A DNA stretch of 63,352 nt, counting the filler, from Octopus bimaculoides (taxonomy: Eukaryota): the NCBI RefSeq assembly GCF_001194135.2. It is 4 parts of 4 records of this genome, joined end to end, with 100 filler letters (N's around TTAATTAATTAA, not from the genome) between each part and the next. Parts side by side here need not be neighbours in the genome. Positions count along the whole stretch, not along the records: positions 1 to 17,723 come from NC_068986.1; 3 more parts are not named here. One strand, written 5' to 3'. The notes beneath the pieces are model-generated. The model saw only the letters and a program-made list of their open reading frames with translations, did no database searches and was not told where the DNA came from. How positions within the stretch are numbered: the first letter of the stretch is position 1; every line of letters starts with the position of its first letter. Of the stretch, positions 1 to 10,829 are shown piece by piece. Position numbers and translations under genes: made by a program.

Positions 1-444
1 ATACACACGTAGACACAGTTACACACACACTTAAACTTTCATAACATTCTTCAGTACATTTTAGAAACCTCCACGCTGTGTGTTCAAATCGAGATCTTTC
101 TTTCAAGGGAGAAAAGTAAAATTATTGAATCAATCATGCATCTTTCTCGCTTTCTCTCTCTCTTTCTCCATCTCTCTCCATCTCTCCCTCTAATCCTTAT
201 TATTATTCACTCGATGTTACAATTTTCAAATTCTCCGAACTGCTGTCGCTAAACATGATACGGATATCATGTCATATCGGACTACTGCAGCCATCCTTTT
301 TTTTTTTACTCGTATATGATACCCTTTTGATTCCTGGAGAGCGGATAAACATATTTTTAAAGGTTGCACAGAACATAGAATGCATTCTGAATTTTGCATC
401 ACATACTTCTTTACTGATTTATATAGTAATATAATCACTGAAAT

Positions 445-640
445 AAGGCAGCGAGCGGACAGATGTGTTAGCATGCCGGTCAGAATGTTTAACACCATTT
501 TGGTCCGGCTTGATATTCTGAATTCAAATTCCACCGATTCGATTTTGCTTTTCATCGGTATTATTCCCAGGTGAGAACTGAAGTCATTGTAATCGACTTA
601 GCTTTCACGCCAAAATTGCTGGCCTTGTGCTGGTATTCAT
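445..640 (+). mobile_element. tRNA-derived SINE family A (AGGCGGCGAGCTGGCAGAA...GTTCAAATTCC...GGTCGACTTTGCCTTTCATCC), decayed copy
   Basis: Diverged homology to the intact copies at 2121, 30487, 36262 and 59982. Confidence 0.7.
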
Positions 641-1343
641 TAAATAATGGTTGAAAATGTATTTCAATATATTTCTAATAGTCGCGGAATTCTTGAAAAA
701 TTCGGCTTCTGTTCGGCACGGCTTATCGTTAGGTTATGCTTAATAGTGCACACATTATTTCACAATTTTGCTTTGAAGTAGGTAAATATCACTAATTTAA
801 CGTGTCTCACGCGTGATGTTACGAGGTTATTGATTTTTGGAACGGAGATTGCCGTCAGAGATACGTATTAAGGTGAATGACCGTTAAGTGACTTGAAACG
901 GTTGACGATCTTCATTTTATTTTTATTTACACGAACAGGACACATTTATGGATAAATCAGATTAACAGAAACAAATCAAGAAATGGAGGTGAAAAAAATG
1001 TAACGTTCAGAACAGAATGTAAGAGCTTATGATGGAAAGATAAGAGCACAACAGAGGCAAAAAAAAAGAAGGAAAATGATTTTGAGATTTTTTTGCGGAA
1101 TAGTAAAGGGAATGGAAATTTACAGAATGTATATTAACTTTGACAACATGTAAAATAATATTTATGTATGTATGTACGTATATATGTATCTATGCATGTA
1201 TAGACAACATCACATACATATATATACATATATATATATACATGTACACATATAGGTATATATACACATACGCACACATATTTTAGATATTATATACATA
1301 TATATATATATATGTATACACACACACGCACGCATATATATAC

Positions 1344-1344
<1 letters not shown>

Positions 1345-1430
<86 letters not shown>
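1345..1430. repeat. (GA)n microsatellite, representative of abundant (AT)n, (AC)n, (AG)n, (ATAG)n, (ATAC)n and (GCAC)n tracts
   Basis: Direct reading. Most N-gaps are flanked by such tracts. Confidence 0.98.
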
Positions 1431-1434
<4 letters not shown>

Positions 1435-1463
1435 GACGTGCATATATCTTAGCGCACATAAAT

Positions 1464-1506
<43 letters not shown>

Positions 1507-2120
1507 CATACACAACACAAAGCACAATTCTGTAAACATCAGATATCCATTGGTTAACTTGATTACGTATCTATTTCCTTCTTGTTAGTTGGCTGGGAAC
1601 AAACTGATAAAAGTGAGTCCGTTGAATACGAGGATATGCTGTTAAGAAATATACCGCCAGGTGGCCTGACAAAGCTTCAAAACTTATTTTAATATCATTG
1701 AAGACATTATTGATTGAAATTAGTCTTAAAATGAAGTTTAGGCAAAGTGACATGAGATCAAAGAAAGTAAGGTAGTATTGTGTTTTGAAATCATATGAAA
1801 CATTAACTGGTAAGAAAGGCTAATTAAGTAAATACTTTCTGAAGCCGCAACATAATTCCGTTGCAATAAATTGTAACTCTTCAATCTGAAAGCAAATATG
1901 TAGCGTTCTCCTAGGTGATAAACGCTCACCGTGCACGCACACACTGACTCACGCGCGCACGAACACACACACGCACACTCGCATATATAAATAGATAAAT
2001 ATTTATGCATAATCATATTTATATACATAATTATGAGTGCATATATATACACACATATATTTATATACACATATCTGTATCGGACAGTTTGATGATTGTG
2101 CCATTTGACTGTCGTATATT

Positions 2121-2324
2121 AAGGCGGCGAGCTGGCAGAGTCGTTAGCACGCTGGACGAAATGCTTTGCGGTATTTCGGCCGTCGCTACGTTCTGAGTGC
2201 AAATTCCACAGAGGTCGACTTTGCCTTTCATCCTTTCGAGGTCGATAAATTAAGTATCAGTTGCGTACTGGGGTTGATGTAATCGACAGGCCCCTCTCTC
2301 TACTCTATGCCTAGAGTAGAAAAA
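2121..2324 (+). mobile_element. SINE family A, near full-length
   Basis: A-box-like GGCGAGCTGGCAGA, B-box-like GTGCAAATTCC, central GGTCGACTTTGCCTTTCATCCTTTCGAGGTCGATAAATTAAGT, tail TGCCTAGAGTAGAAAA. Confidence 0.9.
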
Positions 2325-2367
2325 TTCACTGACCTGTATAGTCCTATGATAATTATGTCTAATTTTG

Positions 2368-2540
2368 GATAAATGACAGCGATTTTGCGGGAATGGGGCA
2401 AGTTGATCACATCGGACCAATACTCAACTGATATCTATTTTATCAGATCCGAAGGAATGAAAGGTGAAGTGGACGTGGGTGGAATCTGATCTTAGAACGT
2501 AATAGGAGCTCAGAACGGAAATACCGCCAAAACAATTCTG
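2368..2540 (-). mobile_element. SINE family A, decayed, inverted relative to the 2121 copy
   Basis: GAAGGAATGAAAGGTGAAGTGGAC...GAATCTGATCTTAGAACGTAA...ATACCGC is the reverse complement of the family core. Confidence 0.7.
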
Positions 2541-3314
2541 CTTGTTCGACATCACGTACGAGTACTATGATAGAATGTAAATTTATTTTGTGAAGATAAT
2601 GTCATTCGGAATTATTACCTTAGAGGCAGCATGTCTGATACTCATACAGAAAACCCTATCAGTCATTTTCGTAATTCTGACAAAAACACGATTCTAAAGA
2701 AAGCTGAACACTGAAGTACAAAAAGAAAAAAATAATAATCAAGGTACGAAATACGAGATATATTCTCTAAACGAGAAATGATTTTATCGCCTATATATAA
2801 ATTTTTAGAAAATATATCGATACGAAGTCTTTGCATTGATTGCTATAACCCACGCTACGATTTTCATATTTCATGCAATTTTATTGATTCATAAAGTGAT
2901 GAATGTCAAGAATTAGGACCAATTAATATGAATTTGCTACTATTTTTGGATTTTTAGTCGGAGAGATATAATACTAACTTGCAACCATATATTTATTATT
3001 ATTCAAATTCGAAAAAAAGTTGAAAAATATCTTTTGTCAATGACTGTTCCAGAACATTGTAATGGGGAAAAAACATGTCAGCTATATTAGAGATCTTTCT
3101 ATGTAACACTGAAAATTATAAAGAAAGTATTTCTTTCGCAACTGGTGACGTTGTAGTGAATGAAAATTGCATTTCTCTCTAACAAGTATCATAATCGTTA
3201 GAACAATAACACAGTGGTCATATTAAGACAGCGAATTCTAAAAAGGATTTACTAAAAAAAGCTGGCGCCACAACCATCATCACCGCAAGAACAAATAATA
3301 ATAGGAATGGTTTG

Positions 3315-3513
3315 AAATGTTGGTACAAGAACAGCAACTTCGGTGTAATGGTAAATAAAATTCATCGACCCTAGTGTTCAAATGATACTTAGGTCATCGA
3401 CCCCCGAAAGGATGAAAAGCAAAGTCGAACTCTGCGGAATTTGAACTCAAACAGACGAAATGCCGCTAAGCATTCTGCCCGGCGTGCTAACGAGTCTCTC
3501 AGTTCACCACCTT
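3315..3513 (-). mobile_element. SINE family A
   Basis: CGACCCCCGAAAGGATGAAAAGCAAAGTCGAAC...GGAATTTGAACTC...GCCCGGCGTGCTAACG. Confidence 0.88.
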
Positions 3514-3517
3514 AATG

Positions 3518-3605
<88 letters not shown>

Positions 3606-3617
3606 TAATAATAATAT
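3514..3617. repeat. (AAT)n microsatellite, one of many (also about 17002-17058, 27995-28061, 28197-28305, 44452-44590, 56328-56730, 61728-61867)
   Basis: Direct reading. Confidence 0.98.
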
Positions 3618-3619
3618 AA

Positions 3620-4890
3620 GGGCATTTATGTGTTAGACCGAAAAGAGAAACTGTAGCTTAACATCGAACATAAATACAAAGCACTGAACAGAAAATATAC
3701 TATTGAAAGAAAGGCCCTGAAAGTGGTAATGGACGAACTGAAACATCCCCTCGTTACAAAGAATTCAAAGATGGTAAGATACGGTCAAAGAATGAAGGGA
3801 TAGCAGCAGAATAGTTTATTCAGAGTAGATCAGAAGCGATTCCATAAAGAAATAAACGGAGAGTGTACAAATGAAAAGTTGGTACCAGATAACATCAAAA
3901 TTCAAAGGTTTTGGAGTGACATCTGGAGCAAAGACAAGGAGCCCAAGAAGGATGCTGAGTGGTTGCAAGAACTGAAACAAACAGTAGTCTGTCCAAAACA
4001 GGCAGAACCAATCATTTCAGTTAAGGAAGTGAAGGGAATCAGCAAAACGATTGGACGACTGCAAGGCCCCGGAACCAGATGGAATTCAAGGCTACTGGAT
4101 CAAAAGATTTGGTGAATGACATGCACGAATAGCTGCACAACTCAACACCTCATTAAATGTCAACCATTTAACACCAGGGGGGCTGACAATGGGTAGTACA
4201 ATACTGCGCTTGAAAAACACTGAAAAAGGGAATACGCCAGACAATTACAGGCCGATATCCTGGTATCCACTTATGTGGAAATTATTGACTGGAATAGTCG
4301 CACAATCAATGCACGGATATCTGGAAAAAAATGGAGTCCTGCCAAATGAGCAGAAGTGTTGCAAGCGTAAGTGCAGCGGAACCAAGAATCAACTCCTGGT
4401 AGACAAAACTGTACTTAGAGACTGCAAAGAAGGAAAACTAATTTAACCATGTCACGGATCGATTATCGTAAGGTGTACGATATGATTCCACACTCTTGGA
4501 TAATGGAATATCTGAACCTATTTGCTATTGTATCGAAAGTTGAGCGATTGCTTGGAAAAAGTATAGCGAATTGGAGAACGGATCTGACAGTATACGGAAG
4601 AAGTTTAGGGACAGTAGAAATCATGAGGGGCATCTTCCAAGGGGACTGCTTGTCCCCACTGATCATTGTGCTGTGCTTGATACCACTAACGCTGATACTA
4701 AGGAAAGCAAAAACTGGGTATGTATTCAAAGACCGCCAACAAAAAGTCAACCATTTGTTATTCAGGTATGATCTCAAACTTTATGGTAAAGATGAAGCCC
4801 AAGTCAGTTCCCTCGTTGATACGGTGTATACTTTCAGTGCTGTATGGCAAAGTGGAAGACGGAACTGACAGCATATGGAAGAAGTTTAGA
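3620..4890 (+). mobile_element. Degenerate, truncated R4/Dong-clade non-LTR retrotransposon, reverse transcriptase region
   Basis: Frame-broken ORFs 3879-4115, 4189-4446 and 4449-4868 encode RT motifs: KGNTPDNYRPISWYPLMWKLLTGI, EQKCCKRKCSGTKNQLLVDK, IDYRKVYDMIPHSWI, RGIFQGDCLSPL, VNHLLFRYDLKLYG (decayed FMDDLKLY). Motif wording is typical of R4/Dong RTs. Multiple stops and frameshifts. Confidence 0.9.
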
Positions 4891-5070
4891 GAGTCGTCTG
4901 AGAGACCATAAATCAAGAAAAAGATGCACATGTATATCTGTCAGCGGAGGGGATATATTATTCGAAATGTATAGTATTAAATATTCGTCATGGTTGACCT
5001 TACCACTCGGTAATTTTACTATTGTCTTCTTCACGCGAAACAAATCGGTGAGATCAACCGTGATGCATAT

Positions 5071-5101
<31 letters not shown>

Positions 5102-6008
5102 NNNNNNNNNNNNNNNNNNNNNNNNNNNNNNNNNNNNNNNNNNNNNNNNNNNNNNNNNNNNNNNNNNNNNNNNNNNNNNNNNNNNNNNNNNNNNNNNNNN
5201 NNNNNNNNNNNNNNNNNNNNNNNNNNNNNNNNNNNNNNNNNNNNNNNNNNNNNNNNNNNNNNNNNNNNNNNNNNNNNNNNNNNNNNNNNNNNNNNNNNNN
5301 NNNNNNNNNNNNNNNNNNNNNNNNNNNNNNNATATATATCTATATATCTATATATATATAGACATCGGTCATGTATAGGTAGAGAAGCCGTTATCATCGC
5401 CACAGTATGTATTTGCCTACATAATCCCAGAAATTTTAAATTTCTTCTTCGAAGAATTTCGTTCTTGGCTGTTGTTAGTTGCATATATTTCTTTATAAAA
5501 AGAAATAAATCAGTAAAAATTCTGCCAATGTTTGGTGTCATCGATCTGGAGAAAGAACATCGTGACATTGTACGTAGAGATTGTTTTGTAGTACTACGTA
5601 TTGAAGAAAGCTTAATTACGGGTAAAATACATGTCTGATGATAGCTAGAATCATCAAAGTCAGAAATATATAACTGCCGAAGAGAGTAAACGAATATGTA
5701 GGAAATTTAAAACTAGAAGTAAAATAAAATTGAAAATACAAAGAAATAGTGTAGTAGCAAAAATCAATGAAATATTCAGGAACATTCGAAGACGATTGAT
5801 GAATATATCTGAGGAAAACAATGATAAAGAAAGCTGAAAAATATGAGAAATGAAACTGTAAGAAATATTTGAACAGAAGGAAAAGTTAAAACATCCAGAT
5901 GATGTTGATGGAAAGATAAATAGATTGACAGATACGTTGTATGAATAGCTAAATTATAGATAGATTAAGAGAGAGACAAATAGATAGGTAGTTACATATA
6001 AATTGGTT

Positions 6009-6045
<37 letters not shown>

Positions 6046-6159
6046 GCAGAAACACAGGTAATCAGACAGACACATGGATAGATAGATAGATGGATAAATT
6101 GATAGAGATAGATAGATAGATAGAAAGATAGATAGGCAGAAATACAGGCACACAGACAA

Positions 6160-6207
<48 letters not shown>

Positions 6208-6279
6208 TGTAAAGGTTCTGCCAGTTCACCGCCTTCAAAAAGGAAAAAAAAGAAAACAATATGATATTGTAGAAGACCA

Positions 6280-6505
6280 TGAATTTCGGGAGCAATTTCG
6301 GGAGCAATTTCGGGAGCAATTTCGGAGTAGGTGGGGTTGATTACATAACCCAGTGTTCAACTGGTATCTAATTTATCAACATCAAAGCGATGGCAGGTAA
6401 AACCGATCTGGTCAATATATGAACTCAGAACGGAAAGACAGACGAACCGCGACAAAGAGTTTTGCTCCCCCCCCCGCACGGTAAGCATTCTGCATGCTAG
6501 TCACC
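6280..6505 (-). mobile_element. SINE family A, decayed, with a 12-bp tandem (AATTTCGGGAGC)x3 at its tail
   Basis: GAACTCAGAACGGAAAGACAGACGAA and CTGGTATCTAATTTATCAAC match the family core. Confidence 0.7.
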
Positions 6506-7299
6506 TAAAGGAAACGAAAATGATGCAATATTAGCTCTATGAAGGCCGCCATTACAGTGTGAAGCGTATCGTTACTATCTCTACTTAGTAAGTGTAAATT
6601 GTGGGAGGATTTTTGTAATATTTAGTGAAATGTTAAAAGTAAAGAACATAAATATATTAAAACGTAGTCTCTCGTCTGGCAGATAATATGATACTTATGA
6701 CTAGTGGCTCTCAATTGGAGTCCATATAAGAATCTGTGATTAAAGATTATGTGCAATAAATTGTTTGTAGCTCAAAATACACAAAATAATTTCAAAATTG
6801 TAGATAGAGTTCATAATAATATTTAAATATAAAATACAATAGGATTTTTAAAATCATGGAATGTTTAAGAGGATGCATCCCAATAAAAGAGGAAACAAAG
6901 GGAACCATGGGCAAAAAAATGGTTGATAACCTCTGGTACAGCCTAAGTAGCAAGTATCATTCTGCTCCAACTAAGAACCTGGTGTTTAATTATGTTGTAA
7001 GCTTCAAAGCTAATCGCAAAAGATATTTTGGGACACGTAATCAAATTTCATTCCATGTTGGTAGGAAAAAGGATTTTACAAGATATCCTAACTTCTACTA
7101 ACATGAAATAAGAACATTTTAAGAAAGTATGAAATTGTAACGTTAACAGTAACTACTTAGTCAAGGTTAGCACAAGCGAAGCCGGTCGACTATGAAAATA
7201 TCTTACTTCATTTATGTATACAAAGACACGCAAGCGATATGATCTTATATTAGCTCATGAGAATACTGCGATCCTGATATATACATATTCTCTTATTCT

Positions 7300-7500
7300 T
7301 TTATTGGTTTCAATGATTTTGAGTGCGGCCATGCTGGAGTACTACTTTTTAGTCGAACAAATCAATCCCAGGATTTATTCTTTGTAAGCCTGGTACTTAT
7401 GCTATCGGTCTCTTTTGCCGAAACGCTACGTTACGGTGACTAACATCGGCTATCAAGTGATGCTGCGCGTGAACAAACTCAGACACAAAGTCACACACAT
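7300..7500 (+). mobile_element. SINE family F fragment (other copies at about 9640-10075, 38830-38990, 50990-51080 and 53800-53900)
   Basis: The GCGGCCATGCTGGAG...CTTATTCTTTGTAAGCC...CTATCGGTCTCTTTTGCCGAA motif recurs in both orientations. Confidence 0.75.
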
Positions 7501-7541
7501 AGATATATATACATGCATACATACATACACACACACACACC

Positions 7542-7596
<55 letters not shown>

Positions 7597-7679
7597 GTAT
7601 GTACGTATATATANNNNNNNNNNNNNNNNNNNNNNNNNNNNNNNNNNNNNNNNNNNNNNNNNNNNNNNNNNNNNNNNNN

Positions 7680-7711
<32 letters not shown>

Positions 7712-8647
7712 CACTCCTATACTGAGTGCAGCCCATAAATGATATATACTGTACATGTACAATCACATACAAACAAATACACACACACATATACACACAC
7801 GCAGACACACACACATATATATACATAATTGAGAACAATTCGTATATTTTTAAACAAATATTTCTAGTTCATTGTATACGTAAATATATATTTGTGTTTA
7901 AACCTCAGGGCAGTCTTTGCATCACTGAATTCTCTCGTCGTCTTGTATATGCGTCTACTCGAATTCAACCTAGATTAGTGAAGATGTACTTCAGAGATAA
8001 TTATCAAAAAAAAAAATAAAAAAAACACGAAAAAAAATTGACAAGAAAGAAAAAATGTGCTTGAATAGAAGGCGCCATTTTTTTTCCATAAGTACATTCG
8101 CTTGAGGTGTATATTGAGGAATTAAATGTGAGCTTACTTATTTGCATTCTACACACAGATGCCATCACAAGTATCACCCAGACATGGTTTGTGCTGAAGC
8201 AACATAGAAAAAAAAAATCATTACATTTTATATTAATTTTAATCACATTGAACAAAATTTCAAATGTAGGTTACTTATTCCATTTAACACTAAATAGATT
8301 AACAGAAAATCATGCTGCTGTACGGTATTTTAGAGGAAGTAACAATAAATAAAAGTGTTTCAGTGGAAAATCAGATTAAAGCTACATGGACAACGTTTTC
8401 TACAAGACATTGTCACCGAAAATTTAAGATAGGCCTTTTGAGTGGATTTGGTAGACAGAAACCGAAAGAAATTTCTATTTTTATTATAGACATGGTTGTT
8501 TGGTTAAGAATTTCGCCATATAACCGCTTGGTTTCAGTTTCAGAGCTACAGAATATAATGTTGGGTAAGTACCATCTGCTTTACTCCCGGGTCAATCAAA
8601 TCCATGTGAATGACCTTTGTATGGAGAAACTGAAACTAGCCCTTCAC

Positions 8648-8810
<163 letters not shown>

Positions 8811-8857
8811 GATTTATCTATCTATCTGTTTACCTGAGTTATTTTATTAGAATTATT

Positions 8858-9132
8858 GCTCCAGCATGCAAGTCCTTGGTTTCAATTGATGCTGTGCATG
8901 ACTGTGGGCTTCAACTCGTTGACCACCACCCACATCTTCCTGCTTCGACCCCATCTGGCTCTCACATGTCCTTTATCATGGCAAATACTTAGTTAAGAAC
9001 GCGTATCTTAGGGATGATGACCTTATATGGGCTGTTGACATTTTTGACCAATGGGATCAAAGCACTGCAACACCGATTTAAGAAGTGCATAGATTGTAAG
9101 GGAGGCTATACTAAAAAATATTCCTCATTTGA

Positions 9133-9135
<3 letters not shown>
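8858..9135 (+). mobile_element. Mariner transposase C-terminal fragment (pseudogenised)
   Basis: Translates [33 protein letters not shown], a decayed form of mariner APAH...HPPYSPDLAPSD. After a frameshift it reads NGIKALQHRFKKCIDCKGGYTKK, matching the mariner C-terminal GIxxLxxRWxKCIxxxGxYxEK. Confidence 0.85.
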
Positions 9136-9180
<45 letters not shown>

Positions 9181-9193
9181 CAATATTGGCAAA

Positions 9194-9333
9194 CAGTTAG
9201 TTGTCATAATAAAACTCAGAGTTTCGTATGTCGGGGCTGAAGCCTGCTTCGGCATCTCAGTATCTGATGAGATGCCGGAGCAGGCTTCAGCCCCGACATC
9301 CGAAACTCTGAGTGTTATTACGACAACTAACTG
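9194..9333. repeat. Long fold-back palindrome (66-bp arms, 62/66 identical, 8-nt loop)
   Basis: 9194-9259 is the reverse complement of 9268-9333 with 4 mismatches, by manual alignment. Confidence 0.95.
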
Positions 9334-9544
9334 ATTGTCCTATATTATATTTTGAGATAACTTACCCTATTTAAATAATATTGAGGTCTCATTCATTCTT
9401 TTATTGTCATATTATTAATATATATAATGGATAATAAAACGAATGGTTTATACCTGGTAGCTTACTGGTAAAGCCAGTAAGGTACCAGGTATATTCCATC
9501 TCTCGTGTTTCATTTGCCACACACACGCACATACATATATATTC

Positions 9545-9645
9545 CGCTCACAAGGTCTTCGTCCGCCCGAGACTATAGTAGAAACACTTGCCCAACGTAG
9601 CACACTGTGTGACTGAACTTGGAGCCATGCGGTTCGGGAGTAAAG
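9545..9645 (-). mobile_element. SINE family B fragment (other copies at about 10650-10800, 24360-24440 and 39025-39170, all minus)
   Basis: CACAAGGTCTTCGTCCGCCCGAGACTATAGTAGAAACACTTGCCCAA is the reverse complement of the family B core at 50890-50940. Confidence 0.8.
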
Positions 9646-10167
9646 CGAGGGTCTCTGGTGTCTGTGTTTGTGTTCGTCAGACCCAACACATGAGAAGTGG
9701 TGTTGGTTTGTTAACGTCCCTGTATCTCAGCAGTTTAGTGAAACAAACCGATAGAAAAAGTTCCAGACGTAAGATATGTGACACAAGCATTGAGATCGGT
9801 CAGTTCGACTTGAAAAGTGAATATAAAAATAATCCTTCAAGGCGGTGCTCCAGCATGGCCGCAGTCCAATGCTGTAAACAAGTTTCGCTCATTAGACCAC
9901 GGCCATGCTGGGGGCATCACCTTTAAGAATTCTCATTCGATTGTATCGACGCCAGTGCTATTATTTATAAGCTAGGTACTTATTCTGTGAGTCGTATTGG
10001 CGAACCGCTATTTTACGAGGACATAAACACACCAACACCGGTTGTGGAGTACAAACACAGACACAAAGACGCATACGGATACATACACAAGCACACACTC
10101 ACACACACACACAAACACACACGCACACACTCACATATGCACAGATACACACCCACAGCCACAAACA

Positions 10168-10211
<44 letters not shown>

Positions 10212-10557
10212 NNNNNNNNNNNNNNNNNNNNNNNNNNNNNNNNNNNNNNNNNNNNNNNNNNNNNNNNNNNNNNNNNNNNNNNNNNNNNNNNNNNNNNNNN
10301 NNNNNNNNNNNNNNNNNNNNNNNNNNNNNNNNNNNNNNNNNNNNNNNNAATAAGAGTGAAAAAACTACAGAAGGCTTTTGTTACATGGTTAAAGTATATA
10401 TTTAAATTATGTCAGAAAAATGTTAGAAAAATGTTAGAAAAATGTTAGAAAATCTTTTTGGTATATAAACATTGTATTTTGAGAAATAACCGGTTTCGTG
10501 TTGTCTTTTCAAATTTCTCTACTTCATTGTGTCGTGTTCGCTCCAGTCTGAGAAAGA

Positions 10558-10635
<78 letters not shown>

Positions 10636-10829
10636 GACAGTCTTCTTTCATTTTCCCTCTACCATGTCTGACTCACAAATCTTTGGTTGATTCGCGGTTA
10701 CAGTAGACAACATTTGTCCAAGATGGCACAATGAGGGACTGAACCTGGGACCATGTGGTTATGAAGTAAACTTCTTACCACGAAGTCACGTTTGTGTCCA
10801 TAAAACAAAATATTCTTCGTTTCATCCAT

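Noticed and set aside
5660-5960. A-rich stretch reminiscent of a LINE inter-domain region
   Set aside because: Too decayed, and no diagnostic motif was recoverable.
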